DNA of 63,764 bases, filler included, from Octopus bimaculoides (Eukaryota): the NCBI RefSeq assembly GCF_001194135.2. It is 5 parts of 4 records of this genome, joined end to end, with 100 filler letters (N's around TTAATTAATTAA, not from the genome) between each part and the next. Parts side by side here need not be neighbours in the genome. Positions count along the whole stretch, not along the records: positions 1 to 25,073 come from NC_068982.1; positions 25,174 to 37,049 come from NC_068990.1; 3 more parts are not named here. The stretch is one strand, 5' to 3'. Both the position numbers and the translations under genes were made by a program. The notes beneath the pieces are model-generated. The model made no database searches, had not been told where the DNA came from, and saw only the letters and a list, made by a program, of their open reading frames with translations. Positions 14,497 to 25,373 of this stretch are shown in pieces. Position 1 is the stretch's first letter; each line of letters starts with the position of its first letter.

Positions 14497-14701
14497 NNNN
14501 NNNNNNNNNNNNNNNNNNNNNNNNNNNNNNNNNNNNNNNNNNNNNNNNNNNNNNNNNNNNNNNNNNNNNNNNNNNNNNNNNNNNNNNNNNNNNNNNGCCA
14601 AATACTCTAATGCTACGGTCAAAGTGTATAATCGCTAAACCATTCATAGATTTCTATAGCGTAGATATATATGCTGAGAGTGATCGTCGTCCGGAATCAG
14701 C

Positions 14702-14773
14702 CGAGTCGGGCCGCTCCTGCTGAAGAGGCTACGGCAAAAGCCGAAACTGACCGCTCAGTCTGGGATTATCTCG
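14702..14773 (+). ncRNA. Type I hammerhead ribozyme, intact catalytic core
   Basis: Stem I TCCTG(14715-19)/TGGGA(14761-65), with 3 WC and 2 GU pairs; core CTGAAGA (14720-26); stem II GGCT/AGCC with loop ACGGCAAA; GAAA (14743-46); stem III CTGA-ccgc-TCAG; GTC site ending 14760; distal stem I CGAG/CTCG beyond an internal loop. Confidence 0.9.
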
Positions 14774-15026
14774 ACCGCTACTTCTCGGGCGATTACGGTC
14801 CCTGTCAGCATGTATATATACATTTATGGGCTTTGACTGCAGCATTATAGCGTTTAGCTCAACACCGTCAGTCATATTTAATGATGGTTATAGGTCTCCT
14901 TGGTAGACATTTGCTTCCCGCTGCCTATATACATTATTTGTATACACATTAGCGATTCGCTAAATCATCCACACATTTCTATGGCTTAGACATATGGGCT
15001 GAGAGTGATCGTCGTCTGGAATCAGA

Positions 15027-15098
15027 CGAGTCGGACCGATCCCACTAAAGTGGCTACGGCAAAAGCCAAAACTAACCGATCAGTCTGGGAATAACTCG
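15027..15098 (+). ncRNA. Type I hammerhead ribozyme, mutated core (probably inactive)
   Basis: Perfect stem I TCCCA/TGGGA and distal CGAGT/ACTCG; stem II identical to copy 1. Core reads CTAAAGT instead of CTGAAGA and AAAA instead of GAAA, and stem III has one mismatch. Confidence 0.8.
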
Positions 15099-15195
15099 AC
15101 CGCTTCTTGTATGTATACAATTAAGTGCTTCGACTGCAGCATTATAGCATTTAGGTCTTATTTTTAGCAATGTAGGTGTTTAGAACACCCTTAGT

Positions 15196-15234
<39 letters not shown>

Positions 15235-16439
15235 ATGTNNNNNNNNNNNNNNNNNNNNNNNNNNNNNNNNNNNNNNNNNNNNNNNNNNNNNNNNNNNNNN
15301 NNNNNNNNNNNNNNNNNNNNNNNNNNNNNNNNNNNNNNNNNNNNNNNNNNNNNNNNNNNNNNNNNNNNNNNNNNNNNNNNNNNNNNNNNNNNNNNNNNNN
15401 NNNNNNNNNNNNNNNNNNNNNNNNNNNNNNNNNNNNNNNNNNNNNNNNNNNNNNNNNNNNNNNNNNNNNNNNNNNNNNTGTGTGTGTGTGTGTGTGTGTG
15501 TGTGTGTTCGTGAAATTGGGTTCATTCACGCTAGTAATTCAATATATTGATTTTAAATCTTAACACAAGGCTGTCAGTTTGGGATATAAGCGCAGTCCAC
15601 ATGACAGAACCAGTGCTCAGTTGATGCTTCAAATAAGAACATCATTTGTCTCGTCAGTATTTGAAATAAGAACGTAATGTGATGCAACTAAAAACTGGAA
15701 AATAAATAAAGAAAGAAAGAAAACAATCTTGTTCTTCTAATTTTGCCAATGCACCAGTTGGGATATATTGATTTTTAACACAGGCAGAAACGTGATTTGC
15801 ACAGGAAAGGAAAGATAGGAAATCAGTGCAGACCTAATCATTAAGCTATGAAAATATAAAAGAATGATACTCAGAGGAAGTTGGACGTTTTTACCACGGT
15901 TAATGCATGGAATAATTAAGGGTTCTTTTACTTGCATCGGATTAAAATGCAGCCAATGTCAAATAGGCAGCAACCTTGGATGTACTGACTCAATTTACTC
16001 GGTCAGGTTTTCACGCATGCGTAGGTGAAATACTCTTGTGTATTTCATTTTTCATATGACATTTTCCTTTACTTTCATATGACATTTTCCTTTAATTTTA
16101 ACTATTATCTCATTAGATATGTTTAATTTACAACAAATTTATAACGGTGTCTTATTACAATACATAACGTCTTTATAACTCCAATGGTTCTCATATAACC
16201 TTTTTGTCTCTATTCACATGCTTATAAACCCCCAAATTTACGTTTTGTCAATTAATAGTATCATTAATGGTAAATATTGTTGTTGTTTTTCATATCTAAT
16301 ATTTTAAGGAAAAATAATAAAACCGAAACACTACAGTAACTTTTCAGGATCTCTGAGACTGGTAAGAGGAATTAAGGACATTACTTTCATCCGAAGTTTT
16401 GATGCGTGTGGATTTTACTAAAGGCATTCAAGTAAGAAA

Positions 16440-16650
16440 TATTCGATAGATTAAGTTCAACAGTGTGTGAATTGAAACGATTTCTACCAGTATTTACGCA
16501 ATTCTATTTAATAAATATAGCATGCAAGTGTTTGGTCGACTTGAGGCTATGACAGAAAATACTTAACCAAGTTCCTCTGCAATGGAATTGAACACAAAAC
16601 ACAACGTTTTGAAGTGAACCACTTGAACAAGCAATCGTGCCTACGTGCAC
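16440..16650 (-). mobile_element. SINE family B, old degenerate copy
   Basis: Reverse complement ttcaattccattgcagaggaacttggttaagtattttctgtcatagcctcaagtcgacc aligns by eye with the family B head/CORE-like region. Confidence 0.55.
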
Positions 16651-18158
16651 ACGGATTTCCCTTGCACTGCTGCAATATGTCACCTGAGGGTAACGAAGTA
16701 GGAGTCATTGTTTAAGTGACGTATTACTACCACATTGAGTTACTTGACGTCAAGTAAAACTGATCGACGCGGTTTTTTTTCTTCTGGCATCTACAAAATA
16801 TAGATACCGGCTTTATATTCTTTGTAAAACATTGACAATAAGTCACAGGCTAAGTTGTCGATTAGTATTTCATCAATATTCCCTAATTTTACTATATATT
16901 TATTTCTTATGCGTATTTTTGCCCCTGTCTTCTTCGCCTTATCATCATATGTATATATAAATATATATTCTATACCTCCTAATTCTCATGCTTTTTTCCA
17001 GATATCCAATGTCAACTTCTTAGATGGTATTAATTTCTTCTTTCTTTTCCAATATCTACAAGCGCCGAGCTCTCTCTTTTCTCCAGATACCAATACTTCT
17101 TCGTTCTGTCGATACTGATAATCGTTTGTATTGCCAAATGTAGAGCACATTTTGTTTATGCTATTTCAAAAGATTAATATTTTCATCTTTTGCTGAATAT
17201 CTTTTCGTTGTGGTTTCATTTTCATTTATTTTTATGTATGTCACTTTGCTGAGTCATACTACTTTGGATTAGCATTGCTTTTATACTGTGCCTGCAGCGG
17301 ATGGTGCACTTTCTAATAAAATTACAGTGCTTAGAGATCCAGATTACTGTAAATCAATTTCTATCAGTGTTTCCCGGAATGTGTTTGAGTTTCCACAATT
17401 ACAAATGGCGCTTTATTAAGACATCATACCAAAAGAGGACGAAAGATATAGTATTACGTAAAATTACATTATCATACTAAACTACATCTGATTACGCGGG
17501 ATACACCCTGATAACTTGCAATTAACTGTTGCTTTATATTGATATCAGTCATATTTGATTTTTTTTTCTTATGTATATTACTGTAATTACAAGTTAGAAA
17601 TACTTTGTTTTATGGTTCATTAAAACTCAAGTGTAGAATGTACAATGAACTTGATACTGAATTATAATTTCTCATTATACATTATTTCCCCTTTCATTTT
17701 CACTGTTCATTTTCTGTAACAAAGAGAATGGTGCTGCGGGAAATAATATCAACACACATGTAAATAGTTCTATATCTTAAAGAGAACGCAAAACCAAATA
17801 TCTTAATATTTCCATTGGGATACACTTATGAAAGGGTGGATTTGATACGAATTTCCATAAGAGATTGGAGAATGGGCACAGAATATGACCTCATATTATG
17901 GAGATAGTAAGTATCTTGTATTTTCTAAAATGTAATGATGATGGCTACTCAGAATTTATCACCGTATTTCATAGTTTGGATGTACATGGGAAATTACTAA
18001 GAAATAAATGTACAAGTAAACAATTTTTGTTAAGAATTTTCGGCTTCGATCCCAATATTTGTCCCCAATAGAGAAGCCTCAGATTTGAACATAGTAGTTA
18101 AAAAACAAAAGAAAAAAAACGATGCTTTTCATAGGAAATCGAGCTGCTTAAAACTTAC

Positions 18159-18230
18159 CTCGCCACAGTCGCAGTCAGAAATGTAATGAAATACTGATCG
18201 ATGCATTGGATACTTGTACCAAATACACCT
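18159..18230 (-). CDS. Candidate 72-nt internal exon, product unassigned
   Basis: Minus-strand acceptor cttatattgcag| and donor GCGAG|gtaagt. Length is a multiple of 3, with two open frames (GVFGTSIQCIDQYFITFLTATVA; RCIWYKYPMHRSVFHYISDCDCGE). No recognisable motif. Confidence 0.25.
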
Positions 18231-18774
18231 CTGCAATATAAGCTACACACACACGCACACATGTGTGCGTAATTCTGTGTGAGCAGGATCGCTCATATAA
18301 CATTTAACTGTAACTGTATTCCTGAGTATGGGAATTGACTATCTCTCAATAAACTACCGTAAATCTGTAATATTCTTGAATTATATTCTTTACCCATATA
18401 TGATATATCCCTTTGTGATATATTAATTTATTTCTTTTGTAAGAATACTTTGATCTTCAAAAACATTTCTGTCTTAACTTCATGCCATAGAGTTTTCACT
18501 CAGTAAGACGCTGCCAACAGATCAACGACTTTCTAACTTTCCTGAGATTATTTATATCATAATTTGCATTGACATTGCCTTTCCATTTCGTTATTGGGTT
18601 CGATTTACGATTATCAGATAACTTTCTTTAAACTGCTGTCTTCCTTTTTCACACAAATATGTATTACTTTAGCATCTCTGGAAATTCAGAAGGCGTCTTC
18701 TATAAAACTTTTTACGTAGTTCATGTTCTTTTTCATGCTCATAAAAGTTATTATCACCGACACTCCTCCCACAC

Positions 18775-18789
18775 CACCACCACTACCAC

Positions 18790-18820
<31 letters not shown>

Positions 18821-19222
18821 GCCACTGCCGCAACTGCACCACAACCATCATTCCCTTCATCTCTTCCTGCTTCTCATCTGGTGGTCATTGTGATGGTGCC
18901 GCGTTCGCTGCCGCGTCCGCTGCTGCGTTCGCTGCCGCAGCTGCCGTCCTTTTCCCCGTTGGCGCGGCTACCATCCCCATTGCCGTGGTTGCTGCGACCA
19001 ACACAGGCGCTATTGTCATCGATGCAGCAGCCTGTGCGGCCGCTGCTGCTTCCACCTCTGCCGCCGCTGCTTCCCTCGCTACTACTCCCTGCTGCCGATA
19101 CCACTGGTGCTGCTTCTGCTGACGCCACCGCTTCCACCACTGATGCTACCAGTGCTGCCATCAGTGCTGCCACCAGTGCTGTCACCGCCTCTGAGGCCGC
19201 CGCCGCCTCTGATGCCGCCGCT
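18775..19222. repeat. (CAT)n followed by a GC-rich GCC/GCT low-complexity tract
   Basis: Read directly; includes repeated gcgttcgctgccgc units and gives Pro/Leu/Ala-rich translations. Confidence 0.85.
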
Positions 19223-19402
19223 TTAGTGAATCGAAAAGGAGTGATGTTTCATCAGGACAATGCGCGACCCCACACTGCAAAGATCACATCACAGAACATC
19301 AAAGAGGTTGGTTGGGAAAAAATTCCTAATCCACCTTATTCTTTCGACCTTGCTCTTTCAGACTACCATTTGCTTCGTAGTTTACAGAATCATTTGGGGA
19401 CA
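19222..19402 (+). mobile_element. Mariner (DD34D) transposase C-terminal fragment
   Basis: LVNRKGVMFHQDNARPHTAKIT...GWEKIPNPPYSFDLALSDYHLLRSLQNHL matches the mariner HDNARPH and YSPDLAPSDY motifs. Confidence 0.92.
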
Positions 19403-19409
19403 TAACTAT

Positions 19410-19803
19410 GAAGTAGCTTTGACTATGATCCAGCAGTTCATTATGCTCATGACATTAGTGTTTCCATTGGTGCAATGACAACTGAGTGCATCCACTGTAA
19501 AGCAAGGAAGTGGCCTGGAGAGACATCGGAACTGTGCTGCAGTGGTGGAAAGGTTAATGTCCCTGCAATCCCCCAACCTCCAGAGTCATTGAAGGTACAG
19601 TTGTCATCAACTGACCAAGATTCCAAACACTTCTAAAACAAAATTAGACAATACAACGTCTCACTACAGATGACATCATTTGGACCCACAAGAGATTTAA
19701 CTGAGTCAGGATTAATGCAAACTGTTAGGATCCAAGGTCAGATTTATCATTGGATTAGCTCTCTACTACCTCTGTCAAATGAATCACCAAAATCGGCCTT
19801 TTA
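19410..19803 (+). mobile_element. Helitron RepHel N-terminal fragment (pseudogene)
   Basis: FDYDPAVHY..VSIGAMTTECIHCKARKWPGETSELCCSGGKVNVP..PPESL..SKHF*NKIRQYNVSLQMTSFG..GLMQTVRIQGQIYHWISSLLP is the characteristic C2C2 region and QMTSFG/QGQIYH motifs upstream of the Helitron Rep domain. One in-frame stop. Confidence 0.88.
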
Positions 19804-20462
19804 ATGTTTGTAATCTGTACCTGTCCTTTTTATTACGAAATACGTTACACAAAACGTGTTTTTGAATTACGTGTGTCTACGCCATATGTAGCGCGTCAGT
19901 AAGGTCGCTGTAAAACCTATAAATATGAGATTACCATACGTACCGACCAATCAATTCCATCTTTATACATCAAGAATTCAACAAAAATCGGAAACAACAG
20001 CAGCATCGCCATTGATGTTGAAGATGATAGAAACGTGTCCAATATCATTGAAGTGAATTCTAGCAAGAGTTGGTCAGTTCCAACCATCAGACACGCAACT
20101 AAATTTTGGTTGGTGTAGCACTCAACATAAGCAGGATTCTTTTCCGCAAAGGATTTAATGAAAGTAAGGGTAATTGTCACTTGCAGCACAAATCTCAAAC
20201 ACCCCAAATAGTTAATATTCCCCGTTAGTGAAAGCCAAAATGAATACATGGTGTACAGTCTCCGTGTGTTGCACCATCAAACGCGTACAATATCTCTAAA
20301 CATGGATATCTTTAACATAAAAAAAGGGGCGCCGAGACTGTTTCAACAACCACCAAAGTTTCGAAACAGTTGAAGTATGAATTGCAAAGGAAACTCAATA
20401 ATATGAAAAATAAATTGGAACGAATGGATAAAATATATCACATACAATACACATTTGTATTA

Positions 20463-20652
20463 TGGTTTCAAATTTTGGCATAGAGACAGAGACCTTTGAG
20501 TGGGTGGGGAAATTGATTACATCAATCCGACTCCCAAATAATGAAAGCTGGCCTCGACCTCAACGAAATTTGAACACAGAAAATAAAGATCGACTAAATG
20601 CCGCTAATCAATTTATTCTGGCGTGTTTACGATTCTGCTACCTCACTGAATT
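20463..20652 (-). mobile_element. SINE family A
   Basis: Reverse complement gtgaggtagcagaatcgtaaacacgcc...gttcaaatttcgttgaggtcga...gccaaaatttgaaacc. Confidence 0.75.
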
Positions 20653-23199
20653 ACGCTTGTCTAGTAATATAACTTATTTCCACCAAAAACCTTCATTACT
20701 CTGTTGTTTCTCCTGCATCGTGAATTTAATCAGGTATGGGCTTATGGTGACATATATTGTAATCATACACCACTTTATTTTTAGTCACAGAATGTTTAGG
20801 ACTAGGCAATCTAATACTTTCTCTCGATTTTAAGATGGTATTTTATAACCTAGGTGAATTGGGACCGCGTATCTTTTACTACTTCAAGAGTACATTTATT
20901 TCAAATTCATATTCTCATGTCACTTGACAATGGGCTAGTTCTGGTTACTAAGACTCATGGTGAAATACATTTTACAAATGAATGTTGCTTCTTTTATTTT
21001 CATAACATGTATAGTATTACATTATCCTATATGTCCTTTCTTTTAGAAGAAGACAGGTTATAACACGAGAGGGTTTTGATCGTTATTTCATGCAGACTGT
21101 TCACTATTTCTAGTAGAATGCAGCGTTGGTATGTATATTCTTTGTTTTTCTCCCCGAATGATTGTAAATGTTATACGAGAGTGTTACTGTTATCTATTTA
21201 TGGTATTTTGTTTTATCTTCGAAGTTACACACGTCATGAAAGAAATTTATCTTTGAAATGTTTAAAACTTTATAATAAACTCATTTGGAATTTCTTTTCA
21301 GTGACCACTACATTTCATTCCATCTACTCTTCATTCTGTTTTCGTGTGATATCACATATAGAATACCAATTCTTCATCGACATTCGACCACCTACTTCAA
21401 TTTTAATGGAACACAAATTATTTCTTGAACTCTCTCTTCAATGTAGTCTTCATTCGTCCTCTACTGTCTCATTTCAACTTGTGACGTATGCCACATCTTT
21501 CATGTTATTCTTGCCGCCGGCCCTGTTTGTTATTGTCGTGACAAGGAACTCATTAATTGTTTTGCCAATCAGATTATCGATTTTCTTAAAGATTTCATTC
21601 ATCTGCTGTCGATCGTTTCTATTCAACTGAGGAGGCTATTTTTCCCACAAATTATATCACAGGAACTATTGCAGAGAATATGCATTTACTTGGGAGTCTC
21701 TCCGCGGTTATCCAATCTGCTAAACATGTGAGAAAAATCGCCCTCAAATGATATCATGCAGCATTCTTTGATAAGGGAAAGTATGAAACTCCTATCTCAA
21801 TAACAAGGAGTACATGATGTAGGCGGCTGTAACATATATAAAATATTTTCGCTCATAATCGTATAAGTCATATTTAGTTAAATGCATGTGGTGCGTTTTA
21901 TTGTTGAAAAAGGTGACTCTCCTCCAAATAAGTTCACTCATTCTTAAAGTATTTCGTGTAATTATACCTGAATTTCCTCATATTCAGAGACATTTCTCTG
22001 CCGATTTTTTTTGTTTTGAAGACAAAATACGATTACAAACGTGCTCGTTCACGCGCCAGGAAAATGAACTTCATATCAATTTTTGATATACTAGTCTAGC
22101 AGCCTAATTTTCCACAAATCACACCATACCGTTGTATACAAGAAATTAACGCCATTTACTGCTTAACATTATAAAGACGGGGAAGTCACAATCAAAAAAC
22201 CTTTGCACTTAAGTTTGATAGATGAAGTACAGTGTATACAACAATATCAAGCACTATAGTCTTCCTTTTATGTACATTACATTTGTGTTTCTTGAACTAT
22301 CAGTTTCTATATCATGGTCAACTTGCTCTATATTTTTATTAGATTTTTCTCAAAGATATTGTCAAGAAGGAAACGTCTATGGGTCATTTTGTCATTTCTG
22401 AACGCTATTTGCATTATCATAAATAGTTTACTTGTATAATCTTTTATTTCATCAGTTAAATCTTTGGAGATACTCTTAACTTTTTCTCAGTTATTAGCCT
22501 TGCCAATTCATTTCACTTGATCAGTTTCTCCAAAAGAAGAATGACAAATCTTTTAACTTTTACAGGGATCTTTGCTGCTAGTTATTGTGCTTCGGCTTTG
22601 ATTTTTTTTTTTGCAGTCATCTACATATCTATGTTATATAATATACTCGTATAGGTACATCATACCAAGGTAACCCACGGATACTGTAACACCCTGCTCA
22701 TATGAAGTATCATAGCAAATGCTCCTCTCTACTGCGTAGTTTTCAGCCTACAGCGGCACTTCTAAGAGTAGGTCCATTCAATCGGATTATTCAACACACA
22801 ATTCATCCACTTCTCTATAGATCTATTGGGGCAGCACCTCTATCTCCACCATCACTTTTTTCTAGGACATCTTGACAAAAGTCTATGATGGCGTAGCTGA
22901 AAAGGAAAGTGATTATCGATATTCCTTTCAGTCACACACACCAAACAACCGCATTCACTATAATATATGTATATATATATATATATNNNNNNNNNNNNNN
23001 NNNNNNNNNNNNNNNNNNNNNNNNNNNNNNNNNNNNNNNNNNNNNNNNNNNNNNNNNNNNNNNNNNNNNNNNNNNNNNNNNNNNNNNNNNNNNNNNNNNN
23101 NNNNNNNNNNNNNNTGCGTGTGTGTGTGTGCGTCTGTGTGTGTGTGTGTGTGTCTGTGTGTGTGTCTGTGTGTGTGTGTGTGTGTGTGTATACTCATTA

Positions 23200-23509
23200 A
23201 CGCTTTATTCGAACAAATCGGCCCCAGGAGTATACCGTGTGAGCCTAGTATTTATTCTATCGGCTTCTTTTCCCGAACCGCTAAGTTACTGAGAGGTAGA
23301 CACATTAGCGTCGGTTGCCAAGCGATGGTGGGCGGAGGGAACACACGCAGACAAAGACACACACATATATACGACGGGTTTCTTTCGGTTTCCGCCTACG
23401 AAATCCACTCACAAAGCTTTGGTCGGCCTAAGGTGCCACGCAGTGGGACTGAACCCGGAATCATGCGGTTGGTAAGCAAGCTACTTACCACACAGCCACT
23501 CCTGTGCCT
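23200..23509 (-). mobile_element. SINE family B (tRNA head, CORE-like region), near full length with a small internal deletion
   Basis: Reverse complement aggcacaggagtggctgtgtggtaagtagcttgcttaccaaccgcatgattccgggttcagtcccactgcgtggcacctt contains A- and B-box-like motifs. Followed by (GA)n at 23510-23630. Confidence 0.85.
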
Positions 23510-24984
23510 AGAGAGAGAGACAGAGAGAGACAGAGAGAGTGACAGAGAGAGACAGAGAGAGAGAGGGGCAGAGAAAGAGAGAGAGGGAGAGAGAGAGAGA
23601 GGGCAGAGACAGAGAGAGAGGGAGAGAGAGAAATATTCGAAGGATCTTTGGTCTGAAGTGTAGCTTGAAGTCAACCACGCGTTTGGATGATTTCCTACCT
23701 CCGCTAGCTATGAAATATATGTAGCATAAATTTTATCTACTCCATTACCTAATGTTTGTNNNNNNNNNNNNNNNNNNNNNNNNNNNNNNNNNNNNNNNNN
23801 NNNNNNNNNNNNNNNNNNNNNNNNNNNNNNNNNNNNNNNNNNNNNNNNNNNNNNNNNNNNNNNNNNNNNNNNNNNNNNNNNNNNNNNNNNNNNNNNNNNN
23901 NNNNNNNNNNNNNNNNNNNTATATATATATATATATAATATACATATGCATTCATATGTGTGTAGGTGTGTGAGCGTATGTATGTGGGACAAGTATTTGG
24001 CCTACCGAATTCCTCTCTCAACATATGGTTCAACTCGTGAGAACATTAGCTATTCAATGTTTGTATGATCAAAACCAGAAGCAAGTGGTTGTGAAGCAAA
24101 CCACTAAACAGGCGGAGGAAGCGAGGGTGTACATTTAATGATGTTTGTATATAGCTGGCACTGGATAAATCGCGATGTCTCATAGAATGGTCATTTCATT
24201 ATTCAGTTGTGTTTTTGTATATTGTCGGATTTGCTTCTTGCATCTGCTTTTTTCCCAGACATTATATAATTCAACCACACATTGCAGCTTATGAAAACAT
24301 GAAATTGTTTTGTCTGCTGTAGCCACCACTGGGAGTCAGAAAGTATATGACTGATTATTCTGTGGTTTCTAAAATTCTCAATTCATTTTATTCTCTGCTT
24401 CATTATATATATTTTACGAATTTCCATTTCACAATGAATATCACTTCGGTCTTAACGTTGATTGTTAAGCTTCTTAGCTGGTCTTCAAATTTTTTCTATA
24501 TTCATTCGTTGTCCATTCTATTCATTCTTTATCCATTTTTGACTTAGTCTTGTCGTCTACTATTCATGTAAAGTATTATTTCCCTATATCTTAGCACAGT
24601 TTTCATGCTCCTGAATATAATTTTGTTTTTATGAGTTTTCATGTAATCGTTAATAGATTGTACGTAGCTATTTATAAGATCAGATTCTGTTGTATATCTG
24701 TATATCTGTATGAAGACGGGAACCTTCCCTGTTTTGAATTCTAAACGTTTGATAGGTGAGTTAGGTGTCTTACTTTTTTCTATTCGATTTTTCATGCAAA
24801 GAAAAGTATGTACTCAGGACTAAAGATTACATTCTGTTTGATTTGTGTTTCACTGGTTACTTATAAAACGTGCCCTCGTAAAGTGAGGTATTACTGTATC
24901 CATAAATACTACTCACCTACCTACCTACCCATGTATCTGTCAGTCTGTCAGCCTGTCTGACTGCCTGTATCTCGCTCACTCTCA

Positions 24985-25017
<33 letters not shown>

Positions 25018-25033
25018 TATCTCTCTCTCTCTC

Positions 25034-25067
<34 letters not shown>

Positions 25068-25073
25068 TATATA

Positions 25074-25173
25074 NNNNNNNNNNNNNNNNNNNNNNNNNNN
25101 NNNNNNNNNNNNNNNNNTTAATTAATTAANNNNNNNNNNNNNNNNNNNNNNNNNNNNNNNNNNNNNNNNNNNN
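25074..25173. other. Assembly linker N44-TTAATTAATTAA-N44 (unsized gap)
   Basis: Exactly 100 bp; identical at four places in the window. Confidence 0.95.
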
Positions 25174-25180
25174 AAACATA

Positions 25181-25181
25181 A

Positions 25182-25238
<57 letters not shown>

Positions 25239-25241
25239 TAC

Positions 25242-25311
<70 letters not shown>

Positions 25312-25373
25312 GAGTGAGAGAGCAGTGCTTACCATCAAAGTGACACTGGGGTAAATTATTATTATTATTATTA
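25181..25373. repeat. (AAT)n then (TTA)n arrays with a 44-bp retroelement 3' end embedded at 25312-25355
   Basis: gagtgagagagcagtgcttaccatcaaagtgacactggggtaaa closely matches the end of the 41503-42039 element. Confidence 0.85.

Larger units (their letters stand above)
14632..15153 (+). mobile_element. Retrozyme-like tandem repeat, 325-nt period, about 1.6 units, one hammerhead per unit
   Basis: tcgctaaa at 14632 and 14957, gctgagagtgatcgtcgt at 14673 and 14998, and the GTC cleavage triplet ending at 14760 and 15085 are all 325 nt apart. Similarity continues to gactgcagcattatagc.tttag (ending 14857 and 15153). Confidence 0.8.

Noticed and set aside
16740-16757. Perfect 18-bp palindrome ttacttgacgtcaagtaa containing a CRE
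   Set aside because: A palindrome this long is not surprising once in about 50 kb of AT-rich sequence; no other support.
19917-20300. 110-aa hydrophobic minus ORF, and a plus frame with cadherin-like YEITIRTDQSIPSL
   Set aside because: No splice support, stops in the plus frame and no DxNDN/DRE cadherin motifs; unassignable without a search.
20462-20833. 123-aa ORF
   Set aside because: Its first half is the antisense of a SINE family A copy.
21076-21630. 184-aa plus ORF
   Set aside because: TTG start, no recognisable domain and no splice signals; may be antisense to a decayed element but could not be identified.
24544-24795. 83-aa Lys-rich minus ORF
   Set aside because: No motif and no clear exon boundaries.
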